From assembly GCF_004010195.1 (NCBI RefSeq), contig NC_057718.1, forward strand, positions 73,144,713 to 73,198,706: a stretch of 53,994 bases of DNA, read 5' to 3'. Shown in pieces: positions 24,346 to 37,612 of this stretch (within the stretch, counting starts at the first letter, position 1; each line of letters opens with the position of its first letter). Both the position numbers and the translations under genes were made by a program. A model generated the notes under the pieces. That model was given only the letters and a program-made list of their open reading frames with translations. It was not told the DNA's origin and did no database searches. This DNA is from Chiloscyllium plagiosum (Eukaryota).

Positions 24346-24610
24346 GCCCTTCACACCCCCCTCTCACCTTAAATACATGCACATATTATTATTTAATCTG
24401 CCTTGCATTTGTCCACTCACTCAACTATCCAAATCACACTGAAGCAACTCTACATCCTCCACAGTTCAGTCAAGAGTCAGGTACAATGCATTCATTCATA
24501 TTAAAGCTGTAAATAGGCAGTGATTTGGCCATGAGGTAAATGGAGATACTTGAGGGAACAGTGGAGTGGGACAGTGATTTGCTGCCAAAGTCCCCAGGGC
24601 TAATGGTAGG

Positions 24611-24613
<3 letters not shown>

Positions 24614-24643
<30 letters not shown>
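24614..24643. repeat. (TG)15 microsatellite
   Basis: Direct reading. Confidence 0.95.
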
Positions 24644-24645
<2 letters not shown>

Positions 24646-25689
24646 ACAGAATGAAAGTTGGCAAGATTGGCTGAGTGAGCCCCTTTGAGCTCACTCAGCT
24701 GGGAATCTAATCAGAGTGAGGATAGGGAAGATGGGTTTGCTGCTGATGAGGAGCAAGAAAAAAGCATCTCAATTGGGCTTTGGAGGATGCCAATAGAAGC
24801 ACTGAGGGAATATGAGTTTATTCAAGGGAAATGAAGCTGAAGAGTAGACATGCACAGTGGTAATGAGCTCTAATTTTAAGATGGTTCTGCCTAATTGTTT
24901 CAGGAATGCAACTTATCCCAGAAATATCAAAAGCATCTATGCAATGTTAACTTCATGTTATGCAGCAATTTAATGTTAATGTTATTGGAGAACCTTGGAA
25001 TGGAATTGAATTTACAACTGATGTTAAAGTGAAATCATAATATATACAGTAAATTAAGAGGAAGTCAATGGTTATTATCATGGAAGCCTGAAACTCTCCA
25101 CACTAATAAATTTTACTGAATTACCAATGATTGGATTCCATTGTAGTCTGTTTTAAAAAGTGTTGATATTCAAATATAGTATAATTTTGAATTGATGAGC
25201 ATAATAAATAATCTACTGAATATGCTAATATTTATTATAAAGGAGACAGTTCTAGTAAGCAGCAAAATCACTGGAAGAATGAAAAATGGTAACAATAAAA
25301 TAAAATATTTTTAAGAGGGTATGACTGTTTTATGTCCAAACAACCCTATATAAGGTTTTTATTAATTTTAGTTCAATGTTAATGTCTCATGAATATAAAT
25401 TCTTGTTGAATTGAATGAGAATGTGTTGATATTCTGATATTGGCAGCACTTCCTATGAGGGTGTTAAGTATGAAGGAGATTATAGGCTAAACAAAAGTAT
25501 TGTCTATTTTGGCTTTGGGACCTGATTTCTTGGAAATTCTTGTTCATCTTTGAGAATTCCTTAAGTTGCTAATTATTTTGTGTTCTTGCTTGTTCCCTTT
25601 TTAAAAATAGTACATTCGTAATATGCATTGCGATCTTATTGAAAATGAATGAAACCAGTTAATCAGTCAGCTACAAGAGCAGGCTTAGA

Positions 25690-25995
25690 ACGCTGCCGAT
25701 ATGTAATTCAACTCCTGACTCCCCAAATCTGTCCATCGTCTACAATGCTCAAGTCAGGAGTGCTGATGAATACTTTCCACTTGCTTCGATGAGAGCAGCT
25801 CCAAAAACACGTAAGAAGCTTGACATCATCCAGAACAAAGCGGCCTGCTTGATTCCACAAACATTAAATTCTGCCACCACCTACACTCAGTAGAACCAGT
25901 GTGTACCAGCTATAAGATGCAGTGCAGGCTCCTTAGCACCTTCCAGGTGACTGCCATCTGGGATGATAAGAACAGTGGATGCATGGAAATAAGGT
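25690..25995 (+). mobile_element. Old LINE RT C-terminal fragment of a second CR1/L2-group family
   Basis: VYNAQVRS..EYFPLASMRAAPKTRKKLDIIQNKAACLI; the same family appears at 35196-35870 and ~37850-38075. Confidence 0.7.
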
Positions 25996-28081
25996 GTCAA
26001 TCTGGTGAAGCTACAAAACAAGACCACTTAATGCCAGGGAGCATAATATCATAAACAATAGGAGTACAAATTAGGCCATTCAGCCCATTGGGTCTGCTCC
26101 ACCAATCAATCATGGCTGATAAGTTTCTTAATCCCACTCTCCCTGTAACCCTTGATTCCCTTGAGATCAAGAACTTATCTATCTCAGTCCTAAATATGCT
26201 CAATGACTTGGCTTCCAAGGCCTTCTGTGGCTATGTGCTTCACAGATTCACCACTCTCTGGCTGAAGAAGTTTCTCCTTATCTGCATTCTAAAAGGTCTT
26301 CCCTTTAACGCTGTGCCCTCACATCCTAGTGTCTCTTACCAATGGAAACATCTTCCCGACATCTATTCTGTCCAGACCATTCAGTATTCTTTATGTTTCA
26401 ATTAGATTCTCACTCATCCTTCTAAATTCCAACGAGTATAGACCCAGAGTGGTCAAATGTTCCTCATATGTTAAGCGATTAATTCCTGGGACTATTCTCG
26501 TGAACCTCCTCTGAATACACACCATGGCCAGTACATCTTTCCTGAAATAAGGAGCCCAAGACTGCGCACCATACTCTAAATGTGGTCTGACCAGAGCCTT
26601 ATACAGCATTAGAAGTACATCCCTGCTTTTATATTTCAACTTCTGACAAAATAAATAAAATCATTGCATTTGCCTTCCTACCTATTGACTTTGACAAAAT
26701 CCTGGACTAGAACTCCCAAGTCTCTTTGTACTTCAGACTTATGAATTTTCTCCCCATTTAGAAAATAAACCATGCATCTATTCTTCCTACCAGATTGCAT
26801 GACCTCACACTTTCCCACCTTGTACTCCATCTGACACTTCTTTGCCTACGCTCCTAATCTGTCCAAATCCTTCTGCAGTCTCCTTGCCTCTTCAGTGCTA
26901 CCTGTCCCTTTACCTAACTTTGTATAGTCTGCAAACTTAGCCAGAATGCCCTCAGTTCTTTATCTAGATCATTAATGTATCAAGTGAAAAGTTGTGGTTC
27001 TAACGCTGAGCCTTGCAGAATACCATTTGTCATCAGCTGTCATCCTGAGAAGGACCCTTTGAAAGTCAGAGAGATGTACAGCACGGGAACAGACCCTTCA
27101 ATCCGACTCATCCATGCCAAACAGATGTCCCAACCTAATCTAAAACCATTTGTCCGTACTTGGCCCATATCTCTCTCAACCCTTCTTAATCATATACCCA
27201 TCCAGATGCCTTTTAAATGTTGCAATTGTATCAGCCTCCACCACTATCTCTGACAGCTCATTCCATACACACACCACCTTCTTCATGTCAAAGTTTCCCC
27301 TTAGGTCTCTTTTATATCTTTCCCCGCTCACCCTAAACCTATGCCCTCTAGTTCTGGACTCCCCCCACCCCAGGGAAAATACCTTATCTATTTATCCTAT
27401 CCATGTCCCTCATGATTTTATAAAACTCTGTAGGGTCACCACAAAGCCTCTGACACTCTAGGGAAAACAGACCCAGCCTATTCATCCTCTCCCTTTGGCT
27501 CAAGTCCTCCAACCCTGTCATCATTCTTGTAAATACTTTAAGAACTCTTTCAAGTTTCACAACATCTTCCAATAGGATGGAGACCAGAATTGCATGCAAT
27601 ATGACCTCCCAATTCCTATACTCAATGTCGTGACCAATAAAGGAAAGCATACCAAATGCGTTCTTCATTATTCTATCTACCTGTGACTCTACTTTCAAGG
27701 AGCTTTGAACATGCACTCCAAGGTGTCTTTGTTGAGCAACACTCCCTAGGACCTTATCATTAAGTGTATAAGTCCTGCTAAGATTTGCTTTCCCAAAATG
27801 CAGCACCTAGCATTTATCGAAATTAAATTCCATCTGCCACTCTTCAGCCATTGGTTCATCTGATCAAAATCTCATTGTAATCTGAGGTAGCCTTCTTCAC
27901 TGTCCACAACACCTCCAATTTTGGTGTGGTCTACAAACTTACTAACAATACCTCCTATGTTCACATCCAAATCATTTATATAAATGACGAAAAGCAGTGG
28001 AGCCAGCACCGATACTTATGGCACTCCACTGGTTACAGGCCTTCAATCTGAAAAACAAGCCTACACCACCATCCACTGTCT

Positions 28082-29036
28082 TGTCAGCTCATATGTCAGA
28101 TACAATTGTTTTACAAAATGGCTTCTTAGCAAGGAGGACAAACTTTTGACTATAAAATGGCTTCCAGACATATTGTGCCAGAATCTCTTCAATGTTAGGT
28201 TGAGAATAATTTTTAAGCTAGGAGCAGACGCCTGCTCATTCTGTACCTGAGGCTGAGATGTTACTGTAAAGTTGCATTTAAACTGATTCATTTGTCTTCG
28301 AATTAAACATGCTTTCTTTTCAGGGTTATGATAAGACATAAGATCTGATTAGTTACAGTTGACAGTGAGGCAGTCTGTAAGGTCTGTAGAACGGACTGCA
28401 AGTACAGCAAGTAAGTTAAGGCTTCATCAATATTACCTTTTACAGAGTTTGTATTTCATAACTGGTGATGGCTCATAAAGTCTCAAAATTGCAATTAAGT
28501 TCAATCCATAGCAGATAAGCACAAAGAGTAAATTTTCTACTGGTTTTGGCAGCCCCAGCACTAAAATGCTCTCTCTCTCGAGTGTCCTTTCTAACTCTCA
28601 ATCAGGGACTTGTAACGGAAAAGCTGTTTTTCTCTCTGTGTCTGCCTAGCTTGCAAGGAGTAGTAAGAATCCATTATAATTGATAGGAGCTGACTGTCAG
28701 TTACAAGGCTTTTGACAGTACCGAGTTTTGTTTCAAGGTCAGAATCAAACACTGTCATTAATTTCACAAGGGAACAGCAATGCATGTTATCATTTGGTGT
28801 CTTGTTTACACAGATTCATTGATATTAAGGCAAATGTTCTTAATTGCCATAGAACATCCTGTTATCACTTGGTGAGAACAGATGTTTTTATCTTCTGCAT
28901 AACTTGGGTTCCCCCCTTTTTCTAAGCCTCCCTGCCTGTCTGTTTTCTAGTGTGCAGCAAATGTGTTTTATAATTCAACATTATATTTTAGTCAATGTTT
29001 AAGGACAGGTTTTAAGACTATAGGCTTTCTCAAAGA
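28082..29036. mobile_element. LTR-like non-coding insert replacing part of the CR1 RT
   Basis: Starts TGTCA at the CR1 break; no ORF; internal repeat aaaatggcttc. No matching end or target duplication found, and CR1 sequence is missing across it. Confidence 0.4.
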
Positions 29037-30000
29037 GTTCCCTGGCTTGTCTTTACCACCTTTGTTAAATAGTGGTACCACGTTAGCCAACCTCCAGTCT
29101 TCCGGCACCTCACCTGTGACTATCAATGATACAAATATCTCAGCAAGGGGCCCAGCAATCACTTCACTAGCTCCCACAGAGTTCTATGGTACACCTGATT
29201 AGGTATTGGGGATTTATCCACTTTTATGCATTTCAAGACTTCCAGCACTTCCTCCTCTGAAATATGGACATTTTTCAGGGTATCACCATCTATTTCCCTC
29301 CATTCTATATTTCCCAAGTCCTTCTCCACAGTAAACACTGACACAAGATACTCATTTAGTATCTCCCCCATCACCTGCGGCTCCACACAAAGATTATCTT
29401 ACTGATCTTTGAGGGGCCCTATTCTCTCCCTAGTTACCCTTTTGTCCTTAATATATTTATAAAAACTTGTTGGATTCTCCTTAACCCTATTTGCCAAAGC
29501 TATCTCATTTCCCTCTTTTGCTGTCCTGATTTCCTTCTTAAGTATATTCCTACTGCCTTTATACTCCAAGGACTTACTCAATCTATCCTGTTTATACTTC
29601 ATAAATGCTTCCTTCTTTTCCTTAACCAAACCCTCAATTTCTCTAGTCATCCAGCATTCCCCACACCTACCAGCCTTTCCTTTCACTCTAACAGGAATGT
29701 ACTGTCTCTGGACTCACTTTATCTCAATTCAGAAGATTTCCATTTTCTAGCCATCCCTTTACCTGCAAGTATTTGCCCCCAATCAGCTTTTGAAAGTTCT
29801 TGCCAAATACCGTCAAAATTAGCCTTCCTCCAATTTAGAACTTCAACTGTTAGATCTGGTTAATCCTTTCCCATCACTATGTTACAACTAATAGATTTAT
29901 GATTGCTGGCCCCAAAGTGCTCCCCCACTGTCACTTCAGTCACCTGCCCTGCCTTATTTCCCAAGAGTATGTCAAGTTTTGCACCTTCTCAAGTAGGTAC

Positions 30001-30724
30001 TGTTAACAAGGTGTAGAGGTGTACTATACCTTTAAGAAAGTTGAAAATCTAGTAGATCTATCTGACATAGCACCAAGTGTTCTGAACAAGGTAACAATGT
30101 AACATTTGGTCAAACAACTAGCTATGTTGCCAGGATACAAAAACAAATTCAAATTCAACCAATCAGTTTAAATTATGCCCCAAGATACCAAACTCCAATC
30201 AAGTTTGAATTTAGTATTTTGACAATATTAAAACCAATAAAACAATCCAATGTTTTGGGATATAAATGTCAGACATTTTGAACAGTTACCCAGAGCAGTA
30301 AAGAGCACCAACAAAAACAGAACAATACATAAGCCTGCTCTTTAAAGGTACCTTTATCTATAAAAGACCTGTGAAGCAAAATCCCTGAGAAGAAAAAAGA
30401 AGACAGAGAAAAATCTACAGAGGACACTCAGCTAAGCTAACTTTTGAAATGTGATTTTTTATTTTGTAAATCATGATCAGAATGTTTTTATCGGACCAGT
30501 ATTATAGAGGGGAAGATAAAAGATAGGTTTAGAGAAAGGAGTTGTAAATATTCATTAGTTAATTATTCTCTGTTGGACAAAAGAAATGTCCTTAATTTTT
30601 TCTTGAAATAGTAACTTTTGGGATAGTTCTTTGCTTCTTGAATTTTAACAGATTACATAATGGGGCGAATCTTTTCTGTGTCGCTGGTTTAAATTATCAG
30701 AGGGGTTTACTCTATGTCATAACA
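30001..30724 (+). mobile_element. Solo LTR related to the Gmr1-like element
   Basis: TGTTA...TAACA termini, GTAC duplicated on both sides (29997-30000, 30725-30728), colinear with 41969-42676. Confidence 0.93.
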
Positions 30725-33710
30725 GTACATCCACGTACTGAATCAGAAACTTTTCTTGTACATTCCTCTCCATCTAAACCCTTAACATTATGGCAGTTCC
30801 AGTCTATGTTTGTAAAGTTAAAATCCCCTACCATAACCACCCTATTATTCTTACTGATTACTGAAATCTCCTTACAAATTTGTTTCTCAATTTCCCACTA
30901 TTAGGGGGTCTATAATGCAATCCCAATAAGGTGATCATTCCTTTCTTATTTCTCAGTTCCACTCAAATAATTTCCCTGGATGTATTCCCGGGAATATCCT
31001 CCCTAAGTACAGCTATAATGCCATCCTTATCAAAAATGCCACTCCCCCATTGCTCTTGCCTCTCTTCCTATTCTTGTAGTACTTGTATCCTGGAACATTA
31101 AGCTGCCAATTCTGTCCAACCTTGAGCCATGTTTCTGTAATTGCTATAACCCCATTCTCTATTTTCTGTCAAACAGCCAACCTTCTATCCATGCTAGCAT
31201 CTTGCCTCTAACACCATGGACCCTTATCTTACTCAGTACCCGCTTGTGCGGCATCTTGTCAAAGGCCTTCTTGAAGTCCAGGTCGATAACATCCATTGGC
31301 TATCCTTGGTCTAACCTGCTCATTACTTCCTCAAAGAATTCTAGCAGATTTGTCAGGCATGACCTCCCTTTGATGAAACCATTCTGATTTTGCCCTATTT
31401 TACCATGTACTTGCAAGTATTCAGAAATCTCATCCTTCACAATGGGTTCCAGGATCTTACCCATGACTGAGGTTAGGCTAATCAGTCTGTTATTTTCCAT
31501 CTTTTGCCTTACTCCCTTTTTAAACAGGGGTGTATTATTTGTGATTTTCCAGTCTTCTGGGACCCTCCCTGATTCAAGCAATTCCTATAAGATCACCACT
31601 AACACCGCTGCCATCTCTTCAGCTATCTCCCTTTGAAATCTGGGACGTGGTCCATCTGGTCCGGGTGATTCATCAACATTCAGGCCATTTTGTTTTCTAG
31701 CACCTTCTCCTTGTAATGGTCCCCATACTCAGCTCTGCTCCTTCACTCACTCTCTTGAATTTTTGGGATATTACTTGTGTCTTCCATCATGAAGACTGAC
31801 ATGAAGTAATTGTCCAGTACCTCAGCTATTCCTTGTTATCCACTACTGTCTATCCAGTGCCATTTTCCTGTGGCTCAATGTCCATGTTTGCCTCTCATCT
31901 ATCCTTTATATATCAAATGAAACTCTCACAGTCTTCCTTTATATTACTGATTAGCTTACCCTCATATTTAATCTTCTCTCTCCTTATTTCTTTATTTGTT
32001 GCCCTCCTTTGGTCTTTGTAAGCTTTCCAATCCTTTGGTTTCCCACTGCCCTTCATCATATTATATGCTTTCTCTTTTGCTTTTATGCTATCCCTGACTT
32101 CCCCTAGTCAGCCATGGTTGCCTTATCCTCCTTATATCATGCTTCTTTTTCCTTGGGATGAATCTCTGCTGTGTCTCCTGAATTACTCCCAGAAACTCCT
32201 GCCACTGCTGTTCCACTGTCTTTCCTATTAGGCTCCTCTCCCAGTCAGTTCTACCCAGCTCCTCCTCATGCCTCCGTGGTTGACTTTATTCAGCAATTAC
32301 TATTGATTCTATCTTCTGCCTCTCAAATTGCAGAGTAATTTCAATCACATTATGATCACTATCTCTTAAGGGTCCCTTCACTTAAGCTCCCTTATCCAGT
32401 CTACTTCATTGCACAACACTAAATCCAGTATTGTCTGTTCCCTAGTGGGCTCCACCACAAGCTGCTCCAAAAAAACCATCTTGTAGACATTCCACAAATT
32501 CCTTTTCCTACAATCCACTACCAACCTGATTTTCCCAGTCTGCCTACATATTGAAATACCCCAAGATCACTGTAACTTTGTGCTTTTTCTACACATCTTT
32601 CCTAACTCCAGGAGTATCTTAAACCCCAGCTTCAGATTAATGTTTGGAAGCCTGAACATAACTTCAACTATGACTTTTTCACCTTTGCATTTCCTCAATT
32701 CTATACACACAGATTCTACACCACTGGACCTTACTTCATTTCTTACTATTGATTAATTTCATTTCTTACTAATAAGGCCAATTAGTTCATGGCTCAGGTA
32801 GTAATCCAGAAATCAATACCTTTCTGGTTCTTTTTAGTTTAACTCCTCGCTGTTCAGCAGAACCCTTAGCAGAACATTTTCCCTAGTTTTATTTATGTCA
32901 TTGGTACCAATGTGAACCATGACCACTGGATCTTTACCTTCCCACTTCAAGTTCCTCTGCTGCCCAGATGTGATATCCTGAACACAAGCGCCAGGTAGGC
33001 AACACCACCTTCCGGACTCTCTATCCTGGTCACAGAGTACAGTGTTTATGCCTCTATCTGTATTATCCCCAATTACAATAACATTTCTCTTCTCTTCCCT
33101 ACCACTTAAATAGCTCCTTGCACCACAGTGCTGCAGTCAGCTGGCTCATCCTCCCTGCAGACCCCATTACCATCCACACAAGGAGCAGAACTCTTGAAGC
33201 TGTTGGACAAGCACAGGGGCTGAGTTTCTGCAACTCTAACTCCTGGATCCCTCTCCCTGCCTCACTCACAGTCACATACCCCTGTCCCTGACCACTGCCC
33301 GAATTCAAGTTTGTCTAAGGGAGTGTGACTGTCTCCTGAAATATAGCATCCAGGTAACTCTCCCTCTCCCTGATGTGTTGCAGTGTTTGAAGCTCAGACT
33401 CCAACTCATCAAATCTGAGCTGGAATTCTTCCAGCAATCAACATTTTGTATGGACATATAACTGGGAAACCATAATGGGGGTCCACTGGCTCCCTCATCG
33501 TGCAGAAACAACACAACACCTGACCCTCCAATCTTATTTAATTTAATGAGTTTTACTTTTTTTTATTTTTAACTGTCTTTGTATCTCTGCTTATGCAGAA
33601 TGTAACCAATAAATAAGTTGTAGCCAATAAATTAACCAGACCCCTTCTCAGCCGATCAAATCACAGCCCTCCTGTCACATCACTTTTCAGTTTCCCCCTC
33701 AGAATCAAAA

Positions 33711-33945
33711 ACTCTTACATTGCCAAACTACTCTCCATTCAGTCCCACTCAGCTCCAGTCCCTAAGTACTGGCCCCAAATCCATGAGGTAAGTTTTTCTA
33801 ATTTCTTACCTTCTCAGACTGCTCTCCCTCACTCCTATTCAGCTCTGGTCCTGAAGTGGAGGCTCCAAATTCACAAGGTAAGTTTTTATAATCTCTTACT
33901 TTCCCAGACTACTGTCTGCTCGCTCCCACTGAGCTCCGGTCCCAA
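33711..33945. repeat. ~90-bp tandem repeat (about 2.6 units) in the CR1 5' UTR
   Basis: (c/t)tcttac...cagctc..gtcc...ccaaat.ca..aggtaagttttt recurs at ~33712, 33803 and 33893. Confidence 0.8.
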
Positions 33946-33998
33946 AGGAGCAAGTATTCAGCAGAGCTAACTTGTTCCACAACCAATGGATCAAATCT

Positions 33999-35195
33999 GG
34001 TGAACTAATAGGTTAACTAATAGGTTAAACTAATAGAGAAAGTGAAGTCACATGGTGTGCAGGGTATTCTAGCTCAGTGGATAAAGAACTGGTTCAGCAA
34101 CAGGAGACAGAGAGTAGTAGTTGAAGGGAGTTTCTCGAAATGGAGAAAGGTGACCAGTGGTGTTCCACAGGGATCAGTGCTGGGGCCACTGTTGTTTGTG
34201 ATATACATAAATGATCTGGAAGAGGGCACTGTTGATATAATCAGCAAGTTTGCAGGTGACATGAAGATTGGTGGAGTAGCAGAGAGCATAGGGGACTGTC
34301 AGAGAGTGTCAGAGAGTGTCAAAGAATGCAGGAGAATATAGATAGACTGGAGATTTGGGCAGAGAAGTGGCAGATGGAGTTCAATCCAGGAAAATGTGAG
34401 GCGATACATTTTGGAAAGTCTAATTCTAGAGTGAATTGTACAGTAAACAGAAGAGCCTTGGGGAAAAATTGATGAGCAGAGAGATCTGGGAATTCATGTC
34501 CATTGTACCCTAAAGGTTGCTGCACAGGTGGATAGAGTGGTCAAGAAGGCATATGGTATGCTTGCCTTTATCAGACGGGATATTGTGTATAAGAGCTTGC
34601 AGGTCATGTTAAAGTTATACACGACATTGGTTCAGCCGCATTTAGAATACTGTGTACAGTTCTGGTCACCACATTACCAAAAGGATGTGGACACTTTGGA
34701 GAGGGTGCAGAGAAGGTTTACGAGGATGTTGCCTGGTATGGAAGGCGCTAGCTATGAAGAGAGGTTGAGTAGGTTAGGTTTGTTTTCATTAGATAAAAGA
34801 AGATTGAGGGGGGATCTGATTGAGGTTCACAAAATCATGAGAGGTACAGACAGGGTGGATAGAAATAAGCTTTTTCCCAGGGTGAAGGATTCAATAATGA
34901 GAGGTCACACTTTCAAAGTGAGGGATGAAAAGTTTAAAGGAGATACATGCGGCAAGTACTTTACACAGAGGGTGGTAGGTGCTTGGAATGCGTTGCCAGC
35001 AGAGGTAGTAGAGGTAGGCACAGTGGATTCATTTAAGATGCGTCTGGACAGATGCATGAGTAGGTGGGGAGCAGAGGGATACAGGTGCTTAGGAATTGGG
35101 CGATGGGTTCAGACAGTACATTTGGATTGGCTCAGGCTTGGAGGGTCGAAGGGCCTGTTCCTAGGCTGTAAATTTTCTTTGTTCTTTGTTCTATT
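33999..35195 (+). mobile_element. Relatively young 5'-truncated CR1 inserted in an older LINE
   Basis: ORFs 34042-34341 ([13 protein letters not shown]) and 34528-35310 (LVQPHLEYCVQFWSP); tail ttctttgttctttgttct. Confidence 0.93.
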
Positions 35196-35870
35196 TAAGC
35201 TCTGCAATTCTACCATATCTGGTTTCCAATGGTGGACAATTAAACAACTCACTGGAGGAGGGGGCTCCACAAATCTGGTAGAGCCCAATACAAATCGTCA
35301 ACTCTGGTAGAGCCCAATACACCAAGACAAAAGGATGAAGCATGGACAATAATCTCCAGCCAGAAGTGTTGAGTGAATCATTCACCTCAGGCTCCTCCAT
35401 GGTTCTCTTGTGTCTCTGATGTCTTATCCAATTCGATTCACTCCATGCAATGTTAACAAGTGTCTGGAGGTACTAGATACTGCAAAAGCTATGGACCTTG
35501 ACAACATTGCAGCAATAGTACTGGAGATGTTCTCCAGAATATTCTGTACCCCTAGCTAAGCTCTTCTGTTACAGTTACAATACTGACATCTACCCAGCAG
35601 GAATGCTGGAATGCACAGGAATGTCGCGTACATGAAAAACAGGATAAATCCAACCCTGACAATCACAGTCCTATCAACCTATTTTTATTCATCACATAAA
35701 ATAATGTAAGTTTCATCAATAATACTATAAAGCAACACCTACTTAGTAATAACATGCTGACTGATGTTCAGTCTGGGTTCCACCAGAGCTACACAGCCTT
35801 TGACTTCATCAGTTAAAGCATTGACAAAAATGTTGAATTTCAGAGGTAAAGTGAAAGCGACTGCCCCTGC
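35196..35870 (+). mobile_element. Old LINE ORF2 fragment (second family), continuous with 33950-33998
   Basis: WWTIKQLTGGGGS, LDTAKAMDLDNI, KSNPDNHSPINL, VQSGFHQ. Confidence 0.75.
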
Positions 35871-36529
35871 AATTACATGGGAACACCTAATGGGTTCTTT
35901 TAGGTCTGACCAAAATGATCACAGATAAGATAACATTGCAGTTGTTATCAAGATGCATCAGTAGTCTTGGCAGTTGAATAGACGATTTTCAAGAATCTTG
36001 GTTTTGTCAGCTGATCAAAGTTCCTTTGGCCTATTCTTTATTTTACTTGTATGTAGCACTCAGAATGTAGACTGCAAATCAGGCTAAATAGGGAATAGGT
36101 CTTCGACTTCGACTATCACAGCACACTAATGCTTGAACCCAGGCTGGTACACATGTAAATGTTCAGTCCTACTGGTCCACTCCAATAGAGGGATTTTTTA
36201 CCCTGTCCTTGTGTATTTGTGAGGAGTAAAACAGACATGCCTGCCAAGAGAGGAATGAAAGCCATCCCCCTTGTCCTCTATTCTTGTTGAGGCTATCCCT
36301 GTTTGAAGCTTCCTTGACAATTTACATGTGCTGCATTCTCTGAGCTTCAACCAAGATCTTTCCAATAGTCAGTGAATTTAAATCCACATTTCATTTGTAG
36401 CACACATTTTGGAATTAAAAGTAAAAAATAAATACTTTGCAGTTGTGCTCCACCAACAAACTGGATTAGTCAGATCACTCACAATTCTGTGCTGATTTTT
36501 GACAAACTGATTTGTGTCTCAGTATTCAG

Positions 36530-37612
36530 ATTTTTTTTAGAATTTATTGTTGTGTACTTTTACAATAAAAATACAATATAAGTGTTATAAGTCTTCCTAC
36601 CATGGCATTTGTATTAATGAGAGAAGTCATAAGTAAATTCATAACTAACAATAAAAGTAAATTTAAGACAAAAGTTTATCAAAATCCATTTTAAAGACTC
36701 CTGGTCTCAGAGGAAGCCAATCAAGAGATGATACACACAGCCGGAATGAGACTATGAATCCATGATGAGAACACCACGCCAGGATGAAAACAAAATGCAG
36801 GGACACTGGAAAAATGAGCCAAAAGCCTCTGAAGAAAACCGCCCAAGACCACCACTTAAAACGCCAGGCAGTCGGATCACCAGGCTGGAAGCATCTGCCG
36901 AAGGAAATGCCACTGGGACAAGACCACCATTCCTGGAAGAAAATGGTACATTGGGCCATTGGGAACACCAGGCTGGAAGGGTTTGCCGAAATTAAGCAGG
37001 ACTGCCAACGAGACCTCAACACTGGGACAAACTACAACATTGGGAAACTGCTCCACAGAGCTGAGACGTCACACTGGGAAAGACCACTATTCCAGACTGC
37101 TGGAAGCTACCCATCACTGGAACAGGAGAAGTTCTCAGCTGAAGCTGTTAAATGAAGGTATATAATTGGTAACATTAGAACAGAGAAAGAAAAGGAGAAA
37201 TAATAAAAGCAAGAGACATATAAGACAATCAGAGGGTTAGATAGGTGGACAGAGAGCCTTTTTCCAAGAATGGTGACGGCGAGCACGAGGGGGCATAGCT
37301 TTAAATTGAGGGGTGATAGATATAGGACAGATGTCAGAGATATTTTCTTTACTCAGAGAGTAGTAAGAGTATGGAATGCTTTGCCTGCAACGGTAGTAGA
37401 TTCGCCAACATTAAGTACATTTAAGTCATCATTGGATAAGCATATGAACGTATAGTATAGTTAGATGGGCTTCAGATTGGCATGACAGGTCAATGCAATA
37501 TCAAGGGCTGAAGGGCCTGTACTGCGCTGTAATATTCTATGTTCTATGAGTAGATGAGCTACGGGCTCCTGGGTTGAGAAGCCCACATGTTACTCCACCA
37601 CCGCCATCTTAC
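36530..37612 (-). mobile_element. Candidate non-autonomous retroposon (YY1-like start, AATAAA + A tail), interrupted by CR1
   Basis: Minus strand begins gtAAGATGGCGGtgg at ~37612 and ends acAATAAAttctaaaaaaaaa at ~36530; no RT-like frame. Confidence 0.45.
37215..37548 (+). mobile_element. CR1 3' end
   Basis: TRGHSFKLRGDRYRTDVR...FFTQRVVRVWNALP; tail ttctatgttctatg. Confidence 0.9.

Larger units (their letters stand above)
27062..31147 (-). mobile_element. CR1 nested in the previous CR1, itself carrying two LTR inserts
   Basis: Has its own tail (agtcagagagatgtacagc), HFGKANLSRTYTL, VPEDWRLANVVPLF and an EN region to ~31140. Confidence 0.9.
26048..33950 (-). mobile_element. Near full-length CR1 (3' part 26048-27060; 5' part 31148-33950 with EN, ORF1 remnant and 5' UTR repeats)
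   Basis: LYKALVRPHLEY (26391-26639). The sequence breaks after gacccttt at 27060 and resumes at ~31148 with QNGFIKGRSCLTNLLEFF; ORF1-like sequence at 32800-33500. Confidence 0.85.

Noticed and set aside
34528..35310. Longest ORF (260 aa) as a gene
   Set aside because: CR1 ORF2 C-terminus reading through the 3' UTR into an unrelated LINE; no real start.
35870..36520. Unassigned segment, possible decayed coding sequence
   Set aside because: The frames I read gave no recognisable peptide and no termini.
36663..37165. Overlapping ORFs of 68-123 aa
   Set aside because: No protein motif; open on both strands, consistent with GC-richer non-coding repeat.
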